Source of the DNA: Cyanophora paradoxa CCMP329
Lineage: Eukaryota > Plantae > Glaucophyta
DNA: 64,000 bases
Assembly (NCBI GenBank): GCA_004431415.1
Contig: QPMI01000005.1
Location: forward strand, 992,001-1,056,000
Reading direction: 5' to 3'
Made by a program: the position numbers and the translations under genes. Shown one piece after another: positions 34,601-46,324 of this stretch; within the stretch, counting starts at the first letter, position 1, and every line of letters starts with the position of its first letter. The notes beneath the pieces are model-generated. The model searched no databases. It was not told the origin of the DNA and worked only from the letters and a program-made list of their open reading frames with translations.

Positions 34601-35733
34601 CGCGCACTTTCCCAGTACGTCTGAATCTTGGGTGGAGACGCCGCAAGGTTGATGCGACCGACCTTTGCTCTATATGTACTTGCATCCGCTAATGTCCCAT
34701 CCACCAAGCCGAAGAAGAGTGTATCCCCTTTCAGCGCAAGGCCTGTGACATAACTGAGACCCGGATTGTGCGTGAGCAATTGCGCAAGCTTAAGCCGGCG
34801 GGGGCAAGGTCGCGGGCCGACGTCCGAAGCGCCGCAAAGTGACGCACATAAGCTTGTGAGTGCCCGACGCGTAATCGACTTCGGCACCGGCAACGCTCGT
34901 CGCCAGCACGCCCCCGGCAGCAGGGAAAGAGCCGTCCGCCGCTGTGAAGCGACCGCTCGCGAGTCAACTCACGCTGATATGATATGACGTTCATATGAGT
35001 GCCATTTTATATACATTCTATCGAACGAAACAGTCTTAATCCTGATCAATTTAATGTTCAATCCAAATATATGCAGGTTTAATTTAATCGATATTTCTGT
35101 GTGTTCTATGTTCAATCGATATTTCTGTTTCTGTGACTAGTGATTATAATATTTAATACTGACCTGGATCGCCGACCAAAATTGTCGAGGTGCACGTCTC
35201 GCCAACCACCTTCGATATGACATTCGGGCCTCCCACGTACAGAGTCTCTGATTGCCGTTAACATTGTCTCAGTCGGCGCTTCTAATTTATATTAATTACG
35301 CGTGCCACGGTGTGCGCGCACCGGAAGTGCTGTGGTAGGCCATGGCTGATCATGATCATGAGGCAGGCGCGTGCAGACATCGTTCAGACATCGATCGGTA
35401 GCAGACACGCGATCGCGAGTGTAGACCTCTAATTTTAGCTTGCAATTATGTTGCTTATGAATATGCATACCTCTGACTCCGACGAAGCTCGCTCCAGTAC
35501 CCGTTCCCGCATGCACGGTCTTGTCGAGGCCACCGGCGCAAAACCGGTGGGCGCCCTTCTCGATGGTGTCCGGGTTCGCTGGCGGAACCGCAGCAGCTGC
35601 GATCGCGATCGCGGCGGGATTAATATGGGACGCGTGGGACGAAATTTTAAAGTTCGTGAGGCGCACCGACGGCGACGAGCGCGGCGACGATGACGAGCCG
35701 AACGGCTCCAGACGGCACTGCGGTCCTCCCCAT
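31671..35733 (-). CDS. Intron-rich secreted/cell-surface protein: signal peptide, putative beta-propeller-like region, (SP)n/Thr-rich linker, C-terminal domain, GPI-anchor-like tail
   Basis: ATG at 35733 gives MGRTAVPSGAVRLVIVAALVAV. Exon peptides include GLSYVTGLALKGDTLFFG, GPSAFTVDSDGTFYIG, APRGLAI, PTPSPSPSPS..PSPSPTETPSPSP, QVVVYIVNPGG and PNAAASSKSA|SVLGCFLGVIVALLALAI* (TAA at 31671-31673). Exons are separated by short GT..AG introns; boundaries are approximate. Confidence 0.75.
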
Positions 35734-36329
35734 CGCGACGTACGTATACACCTGCGCAAACACCTGCGACGGATCGGAGCGGGCCCCGGGCAGGCGTCAA
35801 TCATAAGGTCACGGGCTGTGCATTCGTGATCATCATCACGACACCGAAGCGCATAGTTCAACGGATGCGGCCGCGGGCTTAGATATTTTTGGATGTGCTT
35901 CAGGCTCCGCGCGAGAGACATAGTACTATGATCATAGTACCGGAACGCGCACTGCGGCAGCCTCGCACCTAGGCCTGCTGCGAGCGGACGGGGGATATCG
36001 ATCTAGATCAAGAGGAGGCCTAGGGCAGCTGCAGCCTGCAGGGGTCCGACGGTCTCACCGTACGCCTGCGTTAAGTTAGCGCGGTATTATAGTACGTGCC
36101 ACACCGTCCTACACGGTACAGTGATGAATCTGATGTCACTGCCGCAGTGCGACTGATGATATATAATAAACACTCATGATATGCGCTGGCCCCGGGCCCC
36201 CGAGTCGGGCCCCGACTCCCGTCGTCTCCCGAGTCCCGACGCGTGTATATATATATATATAGACACGTACAACTGATCATGATCATATGATTCATGATTA
36301 TGATTCATGACTCAATGAGTGACGGAGTG

Positions 36330-36736
36330 ACGTCGGAGTCCCGACTCCCGAGTCCCGAGTCCCGAGTCCCGACTCCCGCGCCGAGTCGACGTCCCGACTC
36401 CCGACTCGGCGTCGAGTCGGCGATCGCGAGTCCATTCGCGATCGCGAGTTCCCATCGCGAGCCCGGATCCGAATTCGAATCCGGACCGTCGGACGTCCGA
36501 CTCGGCGACGGTCGACTCCCGGAGTCCCGGGTCCCGACTCCCGACTCCCGATCGCGAGTCCCCGGCCCGATCGACTCCCGAGTCCCGACTCGGCGAGTCG
36601 ATCCCGACTCCCGACTCCCGAGTCCCGACTCCCGAGTCCCGAGTCCCGATTTTGAGTCCCGACTCCCCGGGCCGACTCCCGAGTCCCGACTCCCGAGCCC
36701 CGAGCCTCGGAGTCCCGAGACCCGAGACTCCCGACT
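36330..36736. repeat. Degenerate heptamer array (CCGAGTC/CCGACTC)n
   Basis: Dozens of CCCGAGT/CCCGACT units. Confidence 0.9.
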
Positions 36737-36741
36737 AGCTA

Positions 36742-36940
36742 CCGTAGAACAGGAAAATACTGGACGCTGATAATTAGTGGAGCCCGAAATTAGTGGACCG
36801 AAATCTTGACTCAGTCCACTAATTTCGGGCTCCAGTATTTCCCTGCTGATGAGCTGCCCCATATGCATACAGTACCCCCCAGAATTACCGCCCCATACAA
36901 GCCTGAAAAGGTTTTGGTCCGCTAATTTCGGGCGCCGCGT
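36742..36940. mobile_element. Partial TA-flanked MITE (CCGTAGAAC terminus; Tc1/pogo-like)
   Basis: TA|CCGTAGAAC start is shared with 53922. Internal inverted subrepeats GGAGCCCGAAATTAGTGGAC / GTCCACTAATTTCGGGCTCC. The core GCCCCATACAAGCCT is shared with ~63553. The right TIR is not clear. Confidence 0.55.
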
Positions 36941-37094
36941 TTAACGTTCGCGAATCGCGACTCGCCGAGTCGCGAGCCGCGCGGCCGTTACTAACTTACC
37001 AACTTCGGGCCAACTTACCGTCACTAGCTAGCGCTAGCCTAGTAGCGGAGCCCAGCGCTATTCTACGCTAGCCGCTAGCGCTATACTACTAGTA

Positions 37095-37170
37095 CTGTAA
37101 ACGTACGAATCTTCGACAGCGTCTTTATTTCGTCTATATTCGTCAGACCCTTTTTTTTCTACGTTTACAG
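37095..37170. mobile_element. 76-bp MITE with CTGTAAACGTA TIRs and TA flanks
   Basis: TA|CTGTAAACGTA ... TACGTTTACAG|TA. The same terminus recurs at 54422. Confidence 0.7.
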
Positions 37171-37527
37171 TATACTACTACTGTCACAGTGCAAACGTAG
37201 AAATATTCGTCGAGACTTAATTTCGACAAAACCCGAAAATCGTGACGAAAATATGGTTCGACAGCATCAAATTTTCCGAGTTCGTCAGCCCCGCGACTCC
37301 GCCATAGACGGGTCAGCCGTGAGTACCCCTCTCCATACAAAATTTCCGTTCAAGAGAATCAAATATTCGTCACAGTGCAGGTCTGACGAATTTATATTGC
37401 AATTGCGCGCGAGCTCGAGCACCGCGAGTCCGCGACCAGTACTCGCGCGTCGTGAGACTCGTGACTCGTGAGTCTCGTGACTCGTGAGTCGCGAGTCTCG
37501 CGACTGGCCGCGGAGTGGTCAAACAAA

Positions 37528-38460
37528 CGGGCCCCAGAAGCCCGGGCCGGGCCGGTGCCGGCTGGCCGGCTTGGCGCTACCACCCGTACCCGGGGAGCAT
37601 GCCAGGAAGATCGACCTGGGAGAAATGAATCGCTTTCTTGTTCTTCAAGCGAGAGGGGGGGGGGAAGAGAGCACCGGGGGGTGCCGCGATTCGAAACCTG
37701 TGCCTGGAGCTCGGCTCCAAGGGCGCGCGTGGGCTCGGCGCTAGCAGCACTCGCTTTGAATCGGCGCGCATGCTCTCCAGTTCCAGTCTCGACGAAGCCC
37801 TCCGTCCTTTTCGCCCCGCGGTCGGCTCGCCTTGCCACGGCGTTTGGCACGCAGACGACAGGCACGGGGCCGTGCGCACGATCCTCGAACTTCATGTACG
37901 CTATAGATGCGTAGTTGCGCGTCCGGAGCGGCCGCGCCTTGCCGTTTTCCCGGGCCCAGAAGCCGCGCACGAGCCAGCGATCACCGCTACGTGCGCCCCG
38001 GTCGCTCATGACCTCAGCCGCTTGCCAACGCACTCTCCGCAGAGAGCTCTTTGCGTGGCGAGCTCCGTTCTCCACGGCGCGCTCCCCCCTTGCCCTGCGC
38101 ACAATCTGTGCGTTTGTTGACAGCCGGGCCTCCTCATTCACCGCTACAGCCTGGGTCTGGAGCACGCGCACTCGACATATGCAATGTACGTTCTCGGCGG
38201 AGCGTCGTCCTGCGCCGCCCTCGCAGCTCCGTGTGCCGCGCGCCGCTGACGTCCCAAAGCAGGTCCATTCGTGCTCCTGGCTCACGGATACGCGCACGTG
38301 GACTGACTGGGCCAGCGCGACCTTCTACCAGCATGCTAAATCTCGTTCGGGGGTCTTCCCAGCCCTCGCCGCCGCCTGCGCCGAGCGCCGCTGACGGCCT
38401 CCTACATACTGCAGATCGATTCCCGCTGCGAAGGCTGCACGAGGCCTAGCTTCACCTGCA
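37528..38460 (+). repeat. Left non-tandem arm (~0.93 kb) of a giant inverted repeat
   Basis: Near-identical reverse complement of ~52320-53236 (CGGGCCCCAGAAGCCCGGG.. vs ..CCCGGGCTTCTGGGGCCCG). The ORF track shows mirrored ORFs. Confidence 0.95.
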
Positions 38461-41400
38461 CAGCACGCCGGTGCCATTAAGCCCGCGCCGGAGGCGCCGC
38501 CCCATCGGCCGATGCGCAGGCCGCGCTGGGTCGCAGGGCAAGCGCAGGCCGCTCGATCTCGCGCCAACGCTCTCGCCTCGCCTACGGCCTCACGGCGGGG
38601 CGCGCCAGATCCCTTCAGGGGGGTACAGAGGTGCGCCCCGAGCCCCTAGAGGGGGACGGCGGGGGGGTGGGGGGGGGGGGGGGAGGGGGCGGGGAGGGGG
38701 AGGGGGGCGAGAGAGGAGAGGCGGGGGAGGGGGCGGAGACGGGAGCCTTGCCGTGCTGATGCGTCCCGATTTGCGCTGCAGCTCTCGGGCCTTGTATCGG
38801 CGTGGCGAGTGGCAAGAGGCCTCCCCTGCACAGCACGCCGGTGCGCCTGGGCCCGCGCCGGGGGCGCCGCCCATCGGCCGATGCGCAGGCTGCGCTGGGT
38901 CGCAGGGCGAGCGCAGGCCGCGCGATCTCGCGCCGACGCTCTCGCCTCGCCTACGGCCTCACGGCGGGGCGCGCCAGATCCCTTCAGGGGGGTACAGAGG
39001 TGCGCCCCGAGCCCCTAGAGGGGGACGGCGGGCGGGTAGGAGGGAGGGGGCGGGGAGGGGGAGGGGGGCGAGAGAGGAGAGGCGGGGGAGGGGGCGGAGA
39101 GGGGAGCCTTGCCGTGCTGATGCGTCCCGATTTGCGCTGCAGCTCTCGGGCCTTGTATCGGCGTGGCGAGTGGCAAGAGGCCTCCCCTGCACAGCACGCC
39201 GGTGCGCCTGGGCCCGCGCCGGGGGCGCCGCCCCATCGGCCGATGCGCAGGCTGCGCTGGGTCGCAGGGCGAGCGCAGGCCGCGCGATCTCGCGCCGACG
39301 CTCTCGCCTCGCCTACGGCCTCACGGCGGGGCGCGTTAGATCCCTTCAGGGGGGTACAGAGGTGCGCCCCGAGCCCCTAGAGGGGGACGGCGGGGGGGTA
39401 GGGGGGAGGGGGCGGGGAGGGGGAGGGGGGCGAGAGAGGAGAGGCGGGGGAGGGGGCGGAGACGGGAGCCTTGCCGTGCTGATGCGTCCCGATTTGCGCT
39501 GCAGCTCTCGGGCCCTGTATCGGCGCGGCGAGCGGCAAGAGGCTTCCCCTGCACAGCACGGCGGTGCGCCTGGGCCCGCGCCGGGGGCGCCGCCCCATCG
39601 GCCGATGCGCAGGCCGCGCTGGGTCGCAGGGCGAGCGCAGGCCGCGCGATCTCGCGCCGACGCTCTCGCCTCGCCTACGGCCTCACGGCGGGGCGCGCCA
39701 GATCCCTTCAGGGGGGTACAGAGGTGCGCCCCGAGCCCCTAGAAGGGGACGGCGGGGGGGTGGGGGGGGGGGGGGGGAGGGGGCGGGGAGGGGGAGGGGG
39801 GCGAGAGAGGAGAGGCAGGGGAGGGGGCGGAGACGGGAGCCTTGCCGTGCTGATGCGTCCGATTTGCGCTGCAGCTCTCGGGCCCTGTATCGGCGCGGCG
39901 AGCGGCAAGAGGCTTCCCTGCACAGCACGCCGGTGCGCCTGGGCCCGCGCCGGGGGCGCCGCCCCATCGGCCGATGCGCAGACCGCGCTGGGTCGCAGGG
40001 CGATCGCAGGCCGTGCGATCTCGCGCCGACGCTCTCGCCTCGCCTACGGCCTCACGGCGGGGCGCGCCAGATCCCTTCAGGGGGGTACAGAGGTGCGCCC
40101 CGAGCCCCTAGAGGGGGACGGCGGGCGGGTAGGGGGGGAGGGGGCGGGGAGGGGGGAGGGGGGCGAGAGAGGAGAGGCGGGGGAGGGGGCGGAGAGGGGA
40201 GCCTTGCCGTGCTGATGCGTCCCGATTTGCGCTGCAGCTCTCGGGCCTTGTATCGGCGTGGCGAGTGGCAAGAGGCCTCCCCTGCACAGCACGCCGGTGC
40301 GCCTGGGCCCGCGCCGGGGGCGCCGCCCCATCGGCCGATGCGCAGGCTGCGCTGGGTCGCAGGGCGAGCGCAGGCCGCGCGATCTCGCGCCGACGCTCTC
40401 GCCTCGCCTACGGCCTCACGGCGGGGCGCGCCAGATCCCTTCAGGGGGGTACAGAGGTGCGCCCCGAGCCCCTAGAGGGGGACGGCGGGCGGGTAGGGGG
40501 AGGGGGCGGGGAGGGGGGAGGGGGGCGAGAGAGGAGAGGCGGGGGAGGGGGCGGAGACGGGAGCCTTGCCGTGCTGATGCGTCCCGATTTGCGATGCAGC
40601 TCTCGGGCCCTGTATCGGCGCGGCGAGCGGCAAGAGGCTTCCCCTGCACAGCACGCCGGTGCGCCTGGGCCCGCGCCGGGGGCGCCGCCCCATCGGCCGA
40701 TGCGCAGGCCGCGCTGGGTCGCAGGGCGAGCGCAGGCCGCGCGATCTCGCGCCGACGCTCTCGCCTCGCCTACGGCCTCACGGCGGGGCGCGCCAGATCC
40801 CTTCAGGGGGTACAGAGGTGCGCCCCGAGCCCTAGAGGGGGACGGCGGGGGGTGGGGGGGGGGGGGGGGAGGGGGCGGGGAGGGGAGGGGGGCGAGAGAG
40901 GAGAGGCGGGGGAGGGGGCGGAGAGGGGAGCCTTGCCGTGCTGATGCGTCCCGATTTGCGCTGCAGCTCTCGGCCCTGTATCGGCGCGGCGAGCGGCAAG
41001 AGGCTTCCCCTGCACAGCACGCCGGTGCGCCTGGGCCCGCGCCGGGGGCGCCGCCCATCGGCCGATGCGAAGGCTGCGCTGGGTCGCAGGGCGAGCGCAG
41101 GCCGCTCGATCTCGCACCGACGCTCTCGCCTCGCCTACGGCCTCACGGCGGGGCGCGCCAGATCCTTCAGGGGGGTACAGAGGTGCGCCCCGAGCCCTAG
41201 AGGGGACGGCGGGGGGGTAGGGGGAGGGGCGGGGAGGGGGGAGGGGGCGAGAGAGGAGAGGCGGGGAGGGGGCGGAGACGGGAGCCTTGCCGTGCTGATG
41301 CGTCCCGATTTGCGCTGCAGCTCTCGGCCCTGTATCGGCGCGGCGAGCGGCAAGAGGCTTCCCCTGCACAGCACGCCGGTGCGCCTGGGCCCGCGCCGGG

Positions 41401-41742
41401 GGCGCCGCCCCATCGGCCGATGCGAAGGCTGCGCTGGGTCGCAGGGCGAGCGCAGGCCGCTCGATCTCGCGCCGACGCTCTCGCCTCGCCTACGGCCTCA
41501 CGGTGGGGCGCGCCAGATCCCTTCAGGGGGGTACAGAGGTGCGCCCCGAGCCCCTAGAGGGGGACGGCGGGGGGGTAGGGGGGGAGGGGGAGGGCGAAAG
41601 GTGGACGGGGGCGAGAGAGGAGAGGCGGGGGAGGGGGCGGAGACGGGAGCCTTGCCGTGCTGATGCGTCCCGATTTGCGCTGCAGCTCTCGGGCCCTGTA
41701 TCGGCGCGGCGAGCGGCAAGAGGCTTCCCCTGCACAGCACGG
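38460..41742 (+). repeat. ~362-bp GC-rich satellite array, 9 units, G-tracts on the + strand
   Basis: Marker ATCCCTTCAGG at ~38609, 38978, 39341, 39702, 40071, 40435, 40797, 41161, 41517. Confidence 0.97.
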
Positions 41743-42059
41743 TGGTGGCACTTGGCCCCGCCCATTAGTTATCGCCCCGCCCATTAGCCCATTAATATTT
41801 CCTATATTTGTACGACCGTGTTCGAATGGCCAGCCCTCTGATCGTTGTCACTGTCAGTTTCGCGAGGTGTAGATGCCACTGTCTCCAGTTTAATTTCCAG
41901 CCTCCGATTTACGACATGGGTTCGGCTGACGCTAGCGCTGCACTAGTACTGGCGGGCTCCACTGCCACTTGACAATCGCGTCTGGAAGCTTCCTGCGCTG
42001 AAGCTGCCACTTGACAATCGCGTCTGGAGAACTAGAGGCTCCTCTTGATGGCTGCCTTC

Positions 42060-42800
42060 GACCAGCCAGTCTCCGCAGTGTCCAGGCCCCGACGCCCATC
42101 TCCAAAGAGCCCGGCCCCTCCCGCCTTCCCCTCCCGCCCCTCCATGATCCCCCGTCTCTCAGGCGCCATCGTACCCCTCGATCAATATGCTAAGCACCCG
42201 GCCCCCTAGCAATTGCGTCCGTAGAGGCCCCATGGTGTTTGGACAGCGGCCCGCCAGTCTCCGCAGCGTCCAGGCCCCGACGCCCATCTCCAAAGAGCCC
42301 CTCCCGCCCTCCATGCTCCCCGTCTCTCAAGCGCCATCGTACCCCTCGAGCAATATGCTAAGCACCCGGCCCCCTAGCAATTGCGTCCGTAGAGACCCTG
42401 TGCCGTCTGCACAGCGGCTCGCCAGTCTCCGCAGCGTCCAGGCCCGACGCCCATCTCCAAAGAGCCCTCCCGCCCCTCCATGCTCCCCGTCTCTCAGGCG
42501 CCATCGTACCCCTCGAGCAATATGCAAAGCACCCGGCCCCTAGCAATTGCGTCCGTAGAGGCCCCATGGTGTTTGGACAGCGGCCCGCCAGTCTCCGCAG
42601 CGTCCAGGCCCCGACGCCCATCTCCAAAGAGCCCCTCCCGCCCCTCCATGCTCCCCCGTCTCTCAGGCGCCATCGTACCCCTCGAGCAATATGCAAAGCA
42701 CCCGGCCCCCTAGCAATTGCGTCCGTAGAGGCCCCATGGTGTTTGGACAGCGGCTCGCCAGTCTCCGCAGCTTCCAGGCCCCGACGCCCATCTTTGAAGA
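42060..42800. repeat. ~170-bp tandem repeat, ~4.3 units
   Basis: CCAGTCTCCGCAG marker at ~42066, 42254, 42422, 42588, 42758. Confidence 0.92.
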
Positions 42801-43216
42801 GCTCTTCTCGCCTCTTCATCATGATCATGCACCCCCATGTCCCAGGCGCACGTGAATTTCAATCAATGAGTGATATACTATGATATCAGGCTTCTTTTAA
42901 GCTTTATATTCATCTTTTATGCTTTTCTAGACTGGTCGCCATGGCTCGGGTTTGATGAGTCAGCTGGTCATGATCACTGAGTGATTCGACATGTTGAGGA
43001 TTTTGTCGCATCGGAACATCTCGTTGGCTCTTCTTCGAAAAAGAGCAATTTTGAACCCCGACATCTTAACATATTCTGAAAGCTCGTTTAAAGGGCGTTC
43101 AAACGATATATTTAGCTGTCATAGAACTACACCTCGTCAACAGAAATTCAAAGTTGAAGGAAGGCTCAGCAGCTGCACAGGTGCGATGCAAGACAACATC
43201 TTGCACATGCAGGCTC

Positions 43217-43917
43217 CACTAGTGAATCAGGGGGTGTGTTCTTATGGGTGGAACAGGCAGCGGAACCGTAAATTCTTATGGAACTAGCCCAGCTCCTGTG
43301 CATAAGAACAGAAATTCTCGCGATTTGGCCTTGACCTAATGCATGAGAACCGCGAAAATCTAACAGTTCCCACCCAACTTAGCTCACGGCTAAGTGAACA
43401 CATATTGAATAAAATTATATTCCTGAATGCAAGAGCAAGGGGCGAGGCCTGAGGGCCCGGGGGCAGGGGCGCCGGGACGGGGCCCGGGCAGGGGTGGGGA
43501 ACGGGGCGGGGCGCCGGCGGGCACGACAGGCGCGGGGGGCGCGCGGGGGGGCGCGCGGGGGTGCGCCAGGACGCCAGGGGGTGCATGAGCCGGGGCACTG
43601 GGTCCGGGGGCGCTGGCATGGCCCGGCCAGCCGGGGGCGCTGGCGCGCGGCGGCGCCGGCGGATACAATATATAATATATATTATTATAATTGATTATAA
43701 ACTGCATGTTCTCATGCATGAGAACAGCTGACCGTGGAACAAGCGTGTGAGTCTTACGTTTGTTCTAATGTTTCACGGCTCGTTTCTTATGGTTTGTCCT
43801 ACGGTTACCATACAAACAGCACCATAAGATTCTGGTGTTCTTATGGTCACTTTCCATAAGAATTTCGGTTCCTACGCCTGTTCCACCCATAAGAACACAC
43901 CCCCTGATTCACTAGTG
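43217..43917. mobile_element. Non-autonomous CACTA/EnSpm element (701 bp)
   Basis: Termini CACTAGTGAATCAGGGGGTGTGTTCTTATGGGTGGAACAGGC ... GCCTGTTCCACCCATAAGAACACACCCCCTGATTCACTAGTG. 3-bp TSD CTC on both sides. Subterminal TTCTTATGG/CCATAAGAA repeats occur in both orientations. Confidence 0.92.
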
Positions 43918-45253
43918 CTCCTGGACGAACAACAGCTATACTATCTAGACATATCATTAACAGTCGTTGAAAAGGCTACATAACGTTGTGCTAGCATGTT
44001 TTGGTACGACATTAATATTCTGACCAGAGGATCCGGATCCGCGGCCGGACTGCAGCACTAGCGTTCAAGATATCGACGCTGCACGTGTGCTGCAGGTTAA
44101 GCTGCAGCTCGATAGCACCGACACACAGCAGGCAACGATAGCTCCTCTAGATCTGCGTCGACTACAAGAAGCTTAAGGGCCCATTTGCGCATGCCTAAAC
44201 CGTGCGCACGCGTTCCCGAACCCAGCCTGCGCCCTTAGCCGCTGCCCCGCCCCGAGAACCTCCCTTGCAATTAATTGCCCCCTCCAGCTCGCCACCTCCC
44301 GCCCAACTCCGCCCCTCACGCCGTCGCCGGGCCCACCGTACCTCTCCCTCCATCGCAGCCCCATGGCCAGATATCGATCCTGAACCCCCGCCTCCCCCAC
44401 CATCAGCGTCGACGTCAGCGAATGCCCGAACCCAGGCCCCCCTTCACCCCTCTCTCGCTCGCCTAGTTGCCCCAGCCCCGCGCCCCGCCCCTAGGCCTCC
44501 AGCCCTTTGCCGGCGCCCATGGTGTCTCGAGCTCCGTCCCCATGCGTCCCACCCCCCAATGCGCCACCCCCTCTCACTCCTTCCGTATGCCGAACCCGGC
44601 TGCCCACCCGACGAATTCGAAACCTTGGCCTCGCCCAATCTCATCGTAGATTATCACCTGTGGGGGGCGTCCTCCGTCGGCTACTCATGATCACTGCGCG
44701 GGTGCTCTCAGCGCCCTTCCCACCTCTCTGTCTGCTGGGTCTGAAGCCCTGGGGAGTCGGGGCCAGTGACGGCAGGAGCCCTGGGCAGGCTAGTATACGT
44801 ATATTTGGCCACCTAAGGAGTAGGTAGGAGTCTGTACTGCGGTGTTCCTGAATATACGACGCATCACGGGGAAAAAAAGAACAGTACTAGTCATAGGCAT
44901 CATTCGCATACGTATACGGTACACGTGCAAACGCTTTGAAACAGAAACCTATATGCGTTTTAAAGCGCTTCAGGTCCGCAGCTCTGGATAATGAGGCCCG
45001 ATCGCCCTTTCTGCTCGTGGTTCGAGGTTCGAGGCCTAGGGGCGCGCGGCGGGGCCGGGGCAGCGAGGGTGGGACCCAGCGAATACATCAGTAAGGACCG
45101 CGATGTCTTTAATTTAGATCTAGATCATCTACCCGCCGACGTGCCCTGGTAGTGCCCTCGCAGGGCGTCAGTGGGTGGGGGGTCGGGCCCGGGCCGCGTA
45201 CCGGGGGTACGCGGTTCGAGGGGCGGCGGGGGCAGCTTGCCCCCGGCTAACCC

Positions 45254-46274
45254 CCTCTGTAAGCCCCTGAAGGGATCTGGCGCGCCCCGCCGTGAGGCCG
45301 TAGGCGAGGCGAGAGCGTCAGCGCGAGATCGAGCGGCCTGCGCTCGCCCTGCGACCCAGCGCAGCCTTCGCATCGGCCGATGGGGCGGCGCCCCCGGCGC
45401 GGGCCCAGGCGCACCGGCGTGCTGTGCAGGGGAAGCCTCTTGCCGCTCGCCGCGCCGATACAGGGCCCGAGAGCTGCAGCGCAAATAGGGACGCATCAGC
45501 ACGGCAAGGCTCCCGTCTCCGCCCCCTCCCCCGCCTCTCCTCTCTCGCCCCCCTCCCCCTCCCCGCCCCCTCCCTCCTACCCGCCCGCCGTCCCCCTCTA
45601 GGGGCTCGGGGCGCACCTCTGTACCCCCCTGAAGGGATCTGGCGCGCCCCGCCGTGAGGCCGTAGGCGAGGCGAGAGCGTCGGCGCGAGATCGAGCGGCC
45701 TGCGCTCGCCCTGCGACCCAGCGCAGCCTTCGCATCGGCCGATGGGGCGGCGCCCCCGGCGCGGGCCCAGGCGCACCGGCGTGCTGTGCAGGGGAGGCCT
45801 CTTGCCACTCGCCACGCCGATACAGGGACCGAGAGCTGCAGCACAAATCGGGACGCATCAGCACGGCAAGGCTCCCGTCTCCGCCCCCTCCCCCGCCTCT
45901 CCTCTCTCGCCCCCTCCCCTCCCCGCCCCTCCCCCCCCCCCCCCACACCCGCCCGCCGTCCCCTCTAGGGCTCGGGGCGCACCTCTGTACCCCCTGAAGG
46001 GATCTGGCGCGCCCCGCCGTGAGGCCGTAGGCGAGGCGAGAGCGTCGGCGCGAGATCGCGCGGCCTGCGCTCGCCCTGCGACCCAGCGCAGTCTTCGCAT
46101 CGGCCGATGGGGCGGCGCCCCCGGCGCGGGCCCAGGCGCACCGCCGTGCTGTGCAGGGGAAGCCTCTTGCCGCTCGCCGCGCCGATACAGGGCCCGAGAG
46201 CTGCAGCGCAAATCGGGACGCATCAGCACGGCAAGGCTCCCGTCTCCGCCCCCTCCCCCGCCTCTCCTCTCTCG

Positions 46275-46324
<50 letters not shown>

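Noticed and set aside
37528-38460. Protein-coding gene within the inverted-repeat arm (ORF 37392-38297)
   Set aside because: No recognisable motifs, and the mirrored arm has frame-changing indels.
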